Origin: Felis catus
Lineage: Eukaryota
DNA length: 64,000 nt
Assembly (NCBI RefSeq): GCF_018350175.1
Contig: NC_058368.1
Location: 220,040,001-220,104,000, forward strand
Direction of reading: 5' to 3'
Below are positions 25,823-38,087 of this stretch, one piece after another. The number at the start of each line of letters is the position of its first letter. Position 1 is the stretch's first letter. A program made the position numbers and the translations under genes. The notes below the pieces were generated by a model. The model was not told where the DNA came from. It did not search any database and saw only the letters and a program-made list of their open reading frames with translations.

Positions 25823-28037
25823 TCCACTGTATGTTTTCAAGAGGGCTTACAAAATTGAGATATAATGGAATGTACAAGCACTTATATAGAAATATTTGCT
25901 ATTTTGTTTTTATCATTACTACTTTGTTTTGCATACAGTTGGATGCATATCACATATCTTCAAATAAATGGATTACAAAGTTTGTGTACTCACTAAACAG
26001 AATTAAGAGCCCTCTTGTGGTCATGGTCATGCATTCACATTAGATCAGTCAACACTGGTTTGTGTTTTCTCCAGACACTTTCAGCTGAATGGATACTAGC
26101 AAAAGAGTTGGATTTAATCAGGGTTAAGGCTTTTCCAAGAAAAAAAGTAAAATACAAGTAAGGAGCACAAGCGCTGACAGGATATTAAAGGAAAAGAGCC
26201 TATGGCTTCCATGATATTTGATCTCAGAAGAATAGATGTCAATACATAAGGGGCAGATGTGTAAAAAGGGGCTGAAAGCCAGAGAAGGGAAAGATCATAA
26301 CCTGTGCACAAATCCAATGTGAAGCCTCTCCTGGACAACAAATATGAAACTTAAATACATTACCAGAGATCTTTATTGTGCCCTCTGATTTATTTTTCTC
26401 TATAGCATTGACCAGATGAATATAGTAAATAATATTTATTTTTCATAAACTCTATATCCATCCCCTCATTCTCGAGAAATATAAGCGAGATTTTATCCCC
26501 AGCAATGTTTTATCCACGAGTTTCAAGAATATAATACTGTACTATAATCACTATACCTGTCATAATATTAGCTGGTAGACTCGAGGTTACATTTTGTTCT
26601 AAAACCTAAGGATAAGTAACAAGCAGAGAAGCTATGATAAGAATTGTTTAGTTTATTAAACTGAGAATAGAATGTGGATTCATTCTCCTCCCTAGCCCTT
26701 GAGAGCAGGCAGTTCTTGAGAGTTATGGCAAGGGTGAGGCTAAAAGAACAAAAGGGGCAATTGAGACTAGCCATAAAGACCTTGCAGGTGGGGAAATTCC
26801 GTTGGTAATCAGGAAATTAACGTTTTTGTCACTAGAGATATTTCCTAATTACATTTACAAATCATGTATGCACCCTCTTTGTTCTCACCAAATTGTGTCT
26901 CTTTCGAAGCTCCTTCCATAGGAAAAAAATCTCTGAGTAAGAACAGTAAAATAATAGATATAATTATTTTTCTGAACATCTATTCTTAGTTTTATTAACT
27001 TGCCTTTATTTTCATTTAGTTGGAATCAAATTATTACCTCATAAAACAGGACAATGATACTATTACTGCTTTTATTTTATAGAGTTTGCAGACATATTCT
27101 ACGTTATCAGACCCTGAATTTCAGTCTTTGTAAAGTCAGAAACACATAATTTTAAAAGGAGGGGTGAAGTGGAAAAACAACTCTTTCACATCACCTTGGC
27201 TTCATTATCTTTTAATAGGAAAATAAACATCTCAAACTTGCATTGTTGTGATTAGTTTTGGATGTTCAAAAGGGTGCGAATATAATTCAATAATCCGATT
27301 CACATTACACTATCAAAATGGTTACAGGAGTCTCTGGGCATTCAGGGTTCCATTACCTTAAAGCTAAGACAGTGAATGTCATTAATCACAAAACTATTTT
27401 TTTCTTGCACTGCCCTCTTTGTAGGCATTAGAAGCTGAATCACAGACATCTGGATATTATGTGATTATTTCAAAGCAAATATGGATTAAAATTCATTAAA
27501 TTCATGACTCACATGGAGCTTCCTGAAGTATTATTTCATATTTCTGGAATTTCAAAATGACTATATATTCAATAACGTAGCTATATAAGCATGTAATTTC
27601 CTGGAATTTTTGCATCATATTGCACATGTATTGGCAGAGGAATTTATGAAATATGCATAGCCATGCTCAAATTATCTTAAGTACAAGCAAACGTTATCTT
27701 CAAATCTTTCTCATAAGTGTTTTATGTACATATGCAAATAGTGTAGAAAACTATTTTAATATGTGAATTATTTACTAGAATAGCAATCATTTGGGTATTT
27801 AAAGAGTATATATTAACAGCTCCTATGGATTTATTGTGATTTACAGCGGGAGCTTGCAGACAGCACAAGAAAGATGATTTTACATGTTTTGTTCCTCCAC
27901 ATTTCAATTTAAGAACTTCAATAATGTTTGCATAACTTTGTACTCTTTCTTCATGTATTTGATTGTTAAAAAGACCCATGCTGTTATCACCAACTAGTCT
28001 AGATGATATACTTAAGACAGAGAATAACATAAATGCC

Positions 28038-28423
28038 TGCCTTAGTCATCTTGGACTGCCATAACAAAACACCACAGTCTGGGCAGCTTAAACAACAGAA
28101 ATGTATTTTCTCACAATTCTGGAACCTGGAAATCTGAGAACAAGGGGCCAGGATGGTCAATTATCTGGTGAGAGCTCTCTTCCTGGTGTGCAAATGGCTG
28201 TGTTCTTGCATGTCCACACATGGCCTTTCCTTGCAGAGAGAGAGTAAACTCTCTGGTATCTTTTCTCACAAGGACACTAATTCTATCAGTTCAGGGTCTT
28301 TCTTTCAGCCTAATTAAATCTTAATGACTTCCTTAGAAATCCCATTACAAATACAGCCCCATTGACAGTTCGGGCTTCAACATAGGAATTGTGGGAGTAG
28401 GGGAACACATTCAGTCCATAACA
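28038..28423 (-). mobile_element. MLT1A/B MaLR solo LTR
   Basis: tgccttagtc...ctgccataacaaaacaccacag...ttcaacataggaatt...cattcagtccataaca. Confidence 0.9.
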
Positions 28424-28440
28424 GTCCCAGAGTATATTGC

Positions 28441-28657
28441 TTTTTTAATGTTTATTTACTTTTGAGAGAGACACAGAGTGCAAGCGGGGGGGCAGGGGGG
28501 GAGGGTTATAGAAAAAGGGAGACACAAGTCCAAAGCAGGCTCTAGGCTCTGAGCTGTCAGCACAGAGCCCAATATGGGGCTCCAACCCATGGAGCCATGA
28601 GATCATGACCTGAGCCAAAGGAAGTCAGACACAACCAACTGAGATACCCAGGCACCT
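28441..28657 (-). mobile_element. Can-SINE
   Basis: standard body; TSD-like gagtatat on both sides. Confidence 0.95.
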
Positions 28658-29381
28658 CTGGAGTATATCATTTTAATTATGATATTAAATGACAGGAGTC
28701 ATATTGGAAAAACTGAGGTCATCTTGAATGCACAGAGTGGATATTATGCTGAAGATTTCTTTGGCAAGTCCAGGGAAATTTTAACTATGATGATGGATTG
28801 TCATTTAGAACATATATTATATTTAATATGACTGACTCCATTTTCTATTTGGATTACAGCCATAGTCACCTAAAATCTATTTACTACATTTAAATAGTAT
28901 TGTTATATAATCATCTTCTTGCTAAAAATAATCAAAATCATATTTATCTTTTTTTAATTATAATTAGCCCCCAAATTAAGACATTTTCTTTTCATACATA
29001 AATTTAAAATGATTTCAAAGTTTTCTGACTTATAAGTGTAATTTTATAAAATTTCTATAATATATTTGCTTTCCTTGGTTTTAGACATACCTTTGTTTTG
29101 TTACTGAACAGTGTTAGTAAGGTTATTACCAACCATCTGTGTTTCTATGCAGTTACCTTCAAGTCACAATGGTTCCCAAGCTACTAGCTCTCTTTCTGCT
29201 TCTAACTTCTGTCTGGAGTGAATTAATGTCTGTCTTTTTCCTTCTTCACCACAGGAGTCTCAATACTGTTGTGCAGGAATTACATTACTACCTATGAATT
29301 TTCCAGTAGATGTTTTTGGGGCTCTTACTTCAATACATTTCTGTTTGCTAAAAATGTGCATATTAAACATATTGGATAGTT

Positions 29382-29554
29382 GAGGCACCTGGGTGTCTCA
29401 GTTGATTAAGCATCCAGCTCTTGATCTCAGCTCAGGTCATGATCTCACTGTCATAAGACAGAGCCCTGTGTTGCGTTCTGCACTGAACATAGACCCTGCT
29501 TGGGATTCTTTCTCTCTCTCTCTCTCTCTCAAAGTAAATAAATAAACTCAAAAA
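29382..29554 (+). mobile_element. Can-SINE
   Basis: gaggcacctgggtgtctcag...; TSD atattgga(t/c)agtt. Confidence 0.95.
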
Positions 29555-31101
29555 AATATATTGGACAGTTAAGACATAGACACTCTACATTCACGAGGTA
29601 GAAGTGTTTTAAGGAGAAATTGCTGTGTAGGAAAGAAGGACTCCTTGTCTGAGGGGATATTCATGACTAGATACCTCAGGAAGTAGGTGAACATGATTAA
29701 CATGGATCTGTAGAAATAAGTCAGTCATTCATTTCTTTCAATGTCCACCATTTTCCAACGGACAATGGGGAAAAGTTGACCAAAAAACAAACAACAACAG
29801 CAACAAAAATCATAACAGTAACCTGTGGATTTAAGTAAAAAAGAAGATAATTATAATTTTCATTTTGGGAGGAGTTTGTATAGATGGATAAACACTATTC
29901 ATAGGAGGCATAGGAAGTAAGATAGTTCTTGTCACCTGAAAGAAGACAAATTGGCCAAAGAAAAGCTCAACTATTTCTCCAGTAAAAAAAAATAAGACAG
30001 ATTACCTTAGGAGAAGATTTCTTTCTTTATTTCTTTTAGCAAAACCTAGCTGTTTTCTGTGTCTGTCATTATTTTTAATAAAGACTTTACTGTGGAAAAT
30101 AACTGATTTTTAAAGTATTTTGCATTTTATTTCTTGTTGAATGTTCCATTCTCACAGTTTTTCCTTGACTGCTTCCTTTATTAACCAAAATATTTTCTTA
30201 ATATATAATATATGCCAGAAAGTTTGACAAAAACATTAAAAAATAGAAATGAAATATACTAGATCTACCCAGAAATATACAAGAGTTCTGTGTCTTCTTG
30301 CAAGAAATAGTAAACTGGAGAGAGTATAATGATTTGAATGTAGAGATAGAAATAAAGACATTTTAAATAGAAAGATAATGCAAGAGAGCACCTGACATTA
30401 TATTAATCATCTTATTGCAAACAGCAGATACTAGTTTAATCAGGAAAATAATTAATTGGAAGAATGTATTAAAAAAATCCACAGTCTCTAAGAAAGTGAC
30501 AGGAAATAGCATTGACAATGGCAGGAACATAGGAAGGGGGCCTGAAACAGGTACCCATATGCTGCTGAGTAGGTGGTAATATCCACCCCCCCCTCAATCC
30601 CCATCCTAATCCCTCCAGGCATGGTGCACCTTCTGTGTGTTCAGCCTCACTTCTGCCCTGTGCCTGCACGCCCTTGCTTCATTCCCATAGGACAGAAAAT
30701 AATAATTGTCAGTGTTAGGCTACCCTTCTTCTAGCTTCAGGGATGCAGAGAAGGATTTTTCTAATATTGGATAGTAAACATTGAAATAAATAAATTATTC
30801 TTCATTATGTAAAGAATATAATCTGATACTATGCAGAGGTTATCCTGAGTAATAGTTTTGTTTGTTGTTTGTTTTTTAAGAATATAGAATACAAGCAGGG
30901 TATGTTAAAAAGTGATATGGAAATGCAAAGATAGATTCAGAGGGTTAAATCCAAATCAGATATGGGAGATTTCAGAAGTTGAAATTGAAAAAAGAGTAAA
31001 AGAATAATAATAATTATTATTCATTTCTCAGTTGTATAAAGACTCGACTCAGTCATATTTAAAATTATTATTAAGATTATTATTTAAAAACAATCACTTT
31101 T

Positions 31102-31314
31102 GGGGCACCTGTATGATTCAGTCGATTAAGCAGCTGACTCTTGGTTTCAGCTCAGGTCATGATCTCATGGTTCTTGAGATCCAGCCCCATGACCTTTGGG
31201 CTGTCATGACCTTATGCTGTCATCAAGAGCCTGTTTGGGGTTCTCTCTCTCTATGTTTCTCCCCCACTAGCACTCTTTCTGTCTCTCCCAAAATAAATAA
31301 ACTGAAAAAAAATT
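31102..31314 (+). mobile_element. Can-SINE
   Basis: ggggcacctgtatgattcagtcg...aaataaataaa; TSD-like aatca(c/a)tttt. Confidence 0.9.
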
Positions 31315-32485
31315 AATCAATTTTATCTGAAAAATTATCAATATAAAATAAAGAAAAAAATGATTGTCCTCAAGGGAACAAAAGATAGTTTGACCTTATT
31401 CTTTACTACAAATCTCACTGCCTCACCCAAAATATAAATGAAATGCAGTTTAGAGGAATCATAAATTATTTAATAATAACAATAGAACTGTTGACTACAA
31501 GAAAATATTTTCAGATATAAAAATAAAAAAAGTTAAATAGGTCCTTTCTCTGAAAACTACTTTGAAAATAAATTATAACACTAATCAATAAAATTTTAAA
31601 GAATAAAAAGAGGATGAAAATTAATCCTTAAATATTTAAAAACAAAACACAGATTATAAATGATCCCCTGTAAATGTAGTCATAACACTGAATGAAAACA
31701 AAGATAATATTTTAGAAGTAATCATTACATCTTAAAGTAATTTAAGTAGGTTAAATTAGACCCATTAATTACAAAAATAATTTGATGTAGAGTTATTAAA
31801 TGTAAGGCATGTTTATTTTATTAGCAAAGGTTTGGGACAAGGAGTTCATCTTTGGCTCTTAAACACACATGTATTGTGTTTTTTTAAAAAACTACTAATA
31901 GCTACATTAATTACATTTTTTGTCCCTACCAAATTAGTCTAGAAATTTAGAATTAGGGATGGTACATATAGAAAAAGTCATAAAACAAAAAATAGTAATT
32001 AAAATAATATTTAAATATATTAAGAAAAAATAATAAAAATTAAAATTTTGACTAAAACTAAGGTAAAATTTTCTTGTGTCAATATGGAAAGATGAACAGA
32101 AATGTTATCATGTTATTTTTGGATAGTAGAATTAGACTTCTATTAATATTATATGTTCTAAATCTTAAGATTTTCTACACGTTTCCTACTCTGCCATTGT
32201 ATTTATGTTTTAATCAGAAAAACAATAAATAGGAAAGGTGTTAAATTAATATAAATTTTATAAAAGTATAAAATTAAATAATAAAGGTACGTATTTATAT
32301 TGCAAATTTCAATATCATTATTTTATAAGAAAATAAATCCAGATCATTCTTAGGCCATTCTTTATTTCATATATTTTTACTTAAGGATGAATATCACAAA
32401 AAATGTTTCTAAGTAAAGTGCCTAATTTAGAGATCATATGAATAAAAAAGGAAATTGATATTTTGCAAAGAAGTAATTAATATAA

Positions 32486-32586
32486 TAAATAACTTAAATC
32501 ACCGTTTTGTGAATCCAGTATGACAAAGAAAGGACATTTTCTTTCTTTCTAAATTGGATTCACAAAACAGTGATTTGGGTTATTTA
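32486..32586. repeat. inverted repeat, 32-bp arms, 37-nt spacer
   Basis: taaataacttaaatcaccgttttgtgaatcca vs tggattcacaaaacagtgatttgggttattta (29/32 complementary). Confidence 0.9.
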
Positions 32587-32659
32587 CTTTTGCCACCTAG
32601 ACATTTTTTCATAAGAACATTTTATGTTTATTAGTCAGATTATTAATCAAATCAGGTGC

Positions 32660-32995
32660 TTATATGCATATATATATATATATACACATATACATATATA
32701 CACATACACACACACACACATATATATATATATTATATACTTACACATTATATACATTATATACGTATGTGTGTATATATTTTTTTGTTCTGTTTTGTTT
32801 TGTTTTGTTTCTGTTTTTGAGAGAGCACATAAGGTGGGTTTAGGGGTAGAGGGAGAGAGAGAGAATCTTTAAGCAGGATCCATTCTCAGGCTCAGTACGA
32901 GCCCCATGTGGGGCTCAATCCCACAACCATGGGATCATGACCTGAGCTGAAACCAAGATTTGGACACTCAACCGACTGAGCCACTCAGGCACCCC
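32660..32995 (-). mobile_element. Can-SINE with tail region expanded into a TA/CA microsatellite (32660-32780)
   Basis: head ...gagccactcaggcacccc; TSD-like gcttatat/gcttatct flanks the microsatellite plus SINE. Confidence 0.85.
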
Positions 32996-33042
32996 AGGCT
33001 TATCTATATTTGTATTCACCAAACTCTACCAAATACCTGGAG

Positions 33043-33253
33043 AAGCACTATGCAATAGAATTTTCTAAAGTGATGGGAATGGTCTATATCTGTACTGCCC
33101 AATGCAGTAGCCACCAGTCCTTTGCAGCTTCTGAGCACTTGAAATGTGGAACAACTAAGGAACTATATTGCTACTTTTCTTTCATTTTAATTCATGTACG
33201 TTTAAATTTATAACAGTTACATGTGGGTATAGCTACCGTTTTGTGCCGTGCAA
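33043..33253 (+). mobile_element. MER3-like hAT-Charlie DNA transposon
   Basis: caatagaattttctaaagtgatgggaatggtctatatctgtactgcccaatgcagtagccacc...gagcacttgaaatgtgg. Confidence 0.8.
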
Positions 33254-33699
33254 GTGCAGACAATGGTCTTCATGAATATCATGTGTAAATGCTATATATG
33301 ATGTTCATATATAACATTATAATTAAGAGCCCATAATGTCTTTTTGTTAAATAGCAGTTCGATTCTAAAAGTTTTGTTTCATCATCCATATTTCTTGAAT
33401 TGATTCGGATACAGCTATATATTCAGATACAACTGAATGTAATTATTTTCACTAAGGCAGTATCTCTAAAAACCTATAATTATATGATATATCAGTAAAT
33501 ATGTGGTAATAATAAGAGTTTATAGTTCTTGAATCTACAGCTGGGTAAACCAATATGTACATTATACCCCAAATATTGGCTAAGATTGCTCATTTCATAA
33601 ACACAGAAAATAATGAGTTGCTTATAGATAGTAGATGTTGATCTAACACAGTTCCTGGAACATAGTAAAAAGTTAATAATTCTACTATTTTTTTACCTA

Positions 33700-35640
33700 T
33701 GCTAATTTATCCACTAAATTTTCTCCTCTTTATTGTAACATAACTACTGAATTCTTGCAAGTGCAGTTCTCACCTTGATTTGTTAACAGTCCTGACTTTA
33801 TGACTAATTATGGCCAATTATGACTAATTATGGCCAGTGTGGGGAAATGATATTCACAGATTATAGGTCACCTCCTTAGAAGGAATATTGCCTTTTACAT
33901 TATCGTACAGGCTAGAAGGTAGAAATAGTTATCTAGGTGGCAATGCAAACTATGGTAACACTTCGGGGAGTGTTTCACAAAATAGAGATATCCCAAGAAC
34001 TTTTTGATGTTCTTGTGGAGAAGAGGTTTCTACCAACTCTGCACCATCAAATATCCTCTGAACTATTACATAAGAAAGAAAAATACCCATCTAGTGTTGC
34101 ACTTTCTGTTAGAGAGGCTTAACTTACACTCCGTGAATATGTGAAAATGATACTTGGAAGTATAATGCTGTCATAAAAATGTTAAAATACATGATATTGG
34201 CTTAGCATGCAGGCAATATATATGATACAGGATAGAAAATGTACCCTTGTTTTGGCAATACAGGTGGTACTTTGGTCATCCATGATTGCTTAGAAGATAG
34301 AGCATGTGCATATTGAGCTTGTAGTTCTATAAAAGTGATTGGAAAAACTAAAATTACTAGGAAGTGACTGATTTGGGCAAAAATCAGTTAATTCAGAAGT
34401 AGAAATGGGAGGGAATTCAGCTCTGCTGTAGGAAAATGTCTATGCATATGGCCTACAATTTAAATTGGTTGAAATTTTGGTAATGTTGGTCCTCAGAGTT
34501 GGAAAAGCCAAAGGCTTCTGAAGGCCAAGCAGCAGGAGATAGGATTGTCATTCAGTGTCTTTTTCAAGAGCCTCTAGTTAAATGCCAGACAGTAGAAGCC
34601 AGCTCAGCTGCAAAGAAGAGATTAATGGCACTAGTCTCCCAGCTCACTCCAAGCCTGCTGTTTCAGCTGGCCTCTCAAGAATTGTGACCAGATGTGATCT
34701 GTGACTGTTGAAATCATGGGAAGCAAATAAACCAAAAGCCTCTGAGGGGATCTATGTCCTCAAGGATAACATAAACCTGCAATCACTAGGTTTAAAAGGC
34801 TGTTCAGTCTGTAGATACCAATGCCCACTTTAAACGGGGCCAAAGAGAATAATGGACTTGAAAGATCTTTCTATGGGGGAAAGCCAGGATCCATGGAGGA
34901 TAATGAAAAAGAGGAATCCGAAAGGATAGAACTAAAGTTGCCAGATGGGTAACCATGAAAAATTTCCCATGCAGAACAGAGAGTTTTCACGATTTCTGCC
35001 AACCTGACTGAATACGATTTCCATTCTGCTCGCGACTCGTACATTTTTTTAATCTCCCTCCCCCTTCCCCAATGTATACTGGATGGAGTAGATAACTTGT
35101 CTTTTAATGGAAATGTCTTCAGGAAATGAAGAGCCATATCTTGATTGGCTACAAAGTATAGTGCCTCCCCCAAGAACCTGGATGATGAGTTACATTCAGT
35201 AACTATTAAGTTCTTTGGAAAGTCATTGGCATTGACATACATAGAAACTTGAATATATGGAAACAAACACTTCTGATTTTTTTTTTTAGTACTAGAATCC
35301 CCAAGTCACAAGTGAGCACGTGCCCACACAGCATTGGTCCAATCCTACTCTACTTTGTAATTATTGACTATGTATTCTGTGACTAGGATACAGAAATCAG
35401 ATATACAACTTTTGTGGATCATATCCATCAGAGAAAGCTGCTTGCCCTCTATTCTCTCTTTCCTTCCTTTGCAAGCTGCAACAATGACACATTATGAGTG
35501 ATTCAGTTTTGACCATGTAAATGAATAAAACACCCTCAAGTCATTACAGAACTACAAGACTGGAAGACACCTGAATTCCAGGACAACCCTATACAATAGA
35601 GCCAGCTATTAACTCTGGTCTGTCCGTTTATCTACCAGGT
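33700..35640 (+). mobile_element. old MaLR (MLT1I/J-like): LTR, internal region, LTR
   Basis: LTR-like 33700-34130; MLT1-int-like start aaaatacatgatattggcttagc ~34185; second LTR-like 35350-35640 (acaagactggaagacacctgaattcc). Confidence 0.55.
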
Positions 35641-35741
35641 TCCTTCCTAGGATTTTGTAAATGTGTACCCTCTCTTTTTTATCAATGACTGTTAGTTGGG
35701 AAAATTCTAACATGACTTTCTTGTTTTGATTATGGCATACC

Positions 35742-35904
35742 GGGACACCTTCGTAATTGTCAATTGAGTGTCTGACTCTTGATTTCGACTCAGGTCATGA
35801 TCTCAAGCTTGTAGGATCAAGCCCCATGTCAGGCAGGCTCTGGGCTGAGCATGGAGCTCAGATAGAGATTCTCTCTCTCTCCCCCTCTGCCCCACCTCCC
35901 CCAC

Positions 35905-35950
<46 letters not shown>

Positions 35951-35977
35951 AAAAAAAAATAAGAAATAAAAAAAATC
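35742..35977 (+). mobile_element. Can-SINE (older type) with long (CT)n
   Basis: gactcttgatttcgactcaggtcatgatctc; TSD-like ggcatacc. Confidence 0.9.
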
Positions 35978-36194
35978 AGGGCATACCATTCAACTACATA
36001 CATGACAAATTCTTTCCTTATTCTGAAGTGTAAGTAATTTATAAAGCTATGCTTATGGGTTATTCTGTATTAGGTGTTCCTACAATGTGGTATGAAATTT
36101 CAATCTATAGATTCAAGGTTTTTTTTTCTTGAATTTCTAAATGTATTATTGTTCTAGTAGATACATATGTGCTCCCAGCCATTATTCCCATATT

Positions 36195-36743
36195 CTCAAG
36201 TGTGTTAGCAAGGCTGCAGTGCTTTCTGGAGTCTCTAGAGAAGAATCTGTTTCCTTACCTTTTAGAGATTCTAGAAGATTTCTGATTCTTAATTGGCTCA
36301 TGACTGTTTCCTCCATATTCAAAGCCAGCAATTCTTTTTTTTTATATGAAATTTATTGTCAAATTGGTTTCCATACTACACCCAGTGCTCATCTCAGCAG
36401 GTGCCCTCCTTAATGCCCATCACCCACCCTCCCTCCCTGCCACCCCCCATCAAACCTCAGTTTATTCTCAGTCTTTAAGAGTCTCTTATGGTTTGGCAAA
36501 GCCAGCAATTCTTAAATCTCTGATCTTTTTCTCTTTCTCACATTTCACTTTCTAGCCACAGCCTTTTGCATTTAAGGATTCTAATTAGATTAGGCCCAGA
36601 TGGGTAACTGAAGAAATCTGTCCAACACAAGGTCTATCCTTAATCACATCTGCAAAGTCCCTTTTGTCATGCAACATACACATTCACAAGTTCTGAAAAT
36701 TAGGACATGAGTATCTTTTCAATGCTATTATTGTGTCTCAGAC
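36195..36743 (-). mobile_element. MLT1C/D LTR interrupted by an L1 fragment
   Basis: ttctggagtctctagagaagaatctgtttcc...ttaatcacatctgcaaagtcccttttgtcatg. Confidence 0.8.
36337..36496 (-). mobile_element. 160-bp felid L1 3' end with 17-bp TSD
   Basis: tatgaaatttattgtcaaattggtttccata...cccagtgctcatc...taagagtctcttatggtttgg; TSD caaagccagcaattctt at 36320-36336 and 36497-36513. Confidence 0.9.
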
Positions 36744-36777
36744 ACAGGGTTTATTATTTACTATTGTTTCAAACATT

Positions 36778-36950
36778 AAGGAGGAAATAGAAACAGTTCT
36801 ATCCAAACTTTCCGAAAGTAGCAGAAACATGAACACCTTCTAGCTAATTTTACTCTTTCAGAGTTACCTGAATACCAAAACCAGACAAAAATATTCAGAA
36901 GCAAATTACAACAACCCAGTATCGCTCCAACACAGATGCAAAAATCCTTG
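36778..36950 (+). mobile_element. ancient L1 ORF2 fragment
   Basis: ttacctgaataccaaaaccagacaaa...cagatgcaaaaatcctt resembles ITLIPKPDKD...DAKIL. Confidence 0.75.
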
Positions 36951-37877
36951 GGATGATACTTCTCTTCCTCTGTACTGTCCAAGAGTCTCCTAAAAGAAGG
37001 CCTGAAGTAGGTTTGGGTTTTTAATGTCTTCATGTGTAGCATGTAAAAACACTACTGAGAACTTTATTCAGGTAGCATGGACAGTCTTTTGGATCTGTAC
37101 AATTTTTTTTGTACCTTGTTTTTCTATGTTGAATGTACGAAAATATTTGGTTCCTGTGATCAAAAGCATGCAAAATCTTCACTTTCTGTTGTACCTTATA
37201 AAGATCAATGGGTTTTAAAATTATCTGTTTCTTTGTCATAGATTTATAGTTATAGGATTTTTATTCTTTTATTTTGTATTGTAGCTTCTCCCCCCTACTT
37301 TTTCTAAGTACTGCTACTTTCATCATTAATTTGCTCCTCCTAAACCAAAAGTGACCCAAAGACACATCAAAATTAAAGCCTAAGCAGCATCTTTAATCCT
37401 TAGCTAGGAGGAAATATTTCATTCCCTTTCTCACCTCTTCATATACACATGAAAACCTTTCTTACTAAATTTGTTTATTTTTTTTTATCCTGTCAGAGCC
37501 ATTTTTTTTCTGCCTATACTCAGATTTGCATTATTAAATTTAGAAATCAGTCTAATTGAGATAAATACTTTTTGGATAGTAGGAGGGGACAAACATATTT
37601 TTTTTTACCTCAAATTTTTTTACTCAATAATATGCGTTCAAATAAAATGTTGTTTAAATTTACATAAGAATTGCTGATTTGCCTGTTTCCTGGCTACATA
37701 AAAATGTTTAAACATCTATAATGGATGTTACAATGATTGTATGCCAGTGGTTCCAAAAGAAGGAGTCAGTAACCATGGATGGTAGGGATATAGATGTGTC
37801 TTATTGCTGCTGGGGGTATTATCAACTGTTAATAAGACCAAGGACAGGTATATTGATAATGAAATTAAGAGAATCTA

Positions 37878-38087
37878 GGGGTGCCTGGGTAGCTCAGTCG
37901 GTTAAGTGTCCAACTTTAGCTCAGGTCATGATCTCACTGTTTGTGAGTTCGAGCTCCACGTCAAGCTCTGTGCTAACAGCTCAGGGACTGGAGCCTGCTT
38001 TGGATTCTGTGTCTCCTTCTCTCTGCCCCTCCCTCACTTGCTCTGTCTCTATCTCTCAAAAATAAACATTAAAAATTAAAAAAAAAA
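37878..38087 (+). mobile_element. Can-SINE with perfect 16-bp TSD
   Basis: TSD gaaattaagagaatct at 37861-37876 and 38088-38103. Confidence 0.97.
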
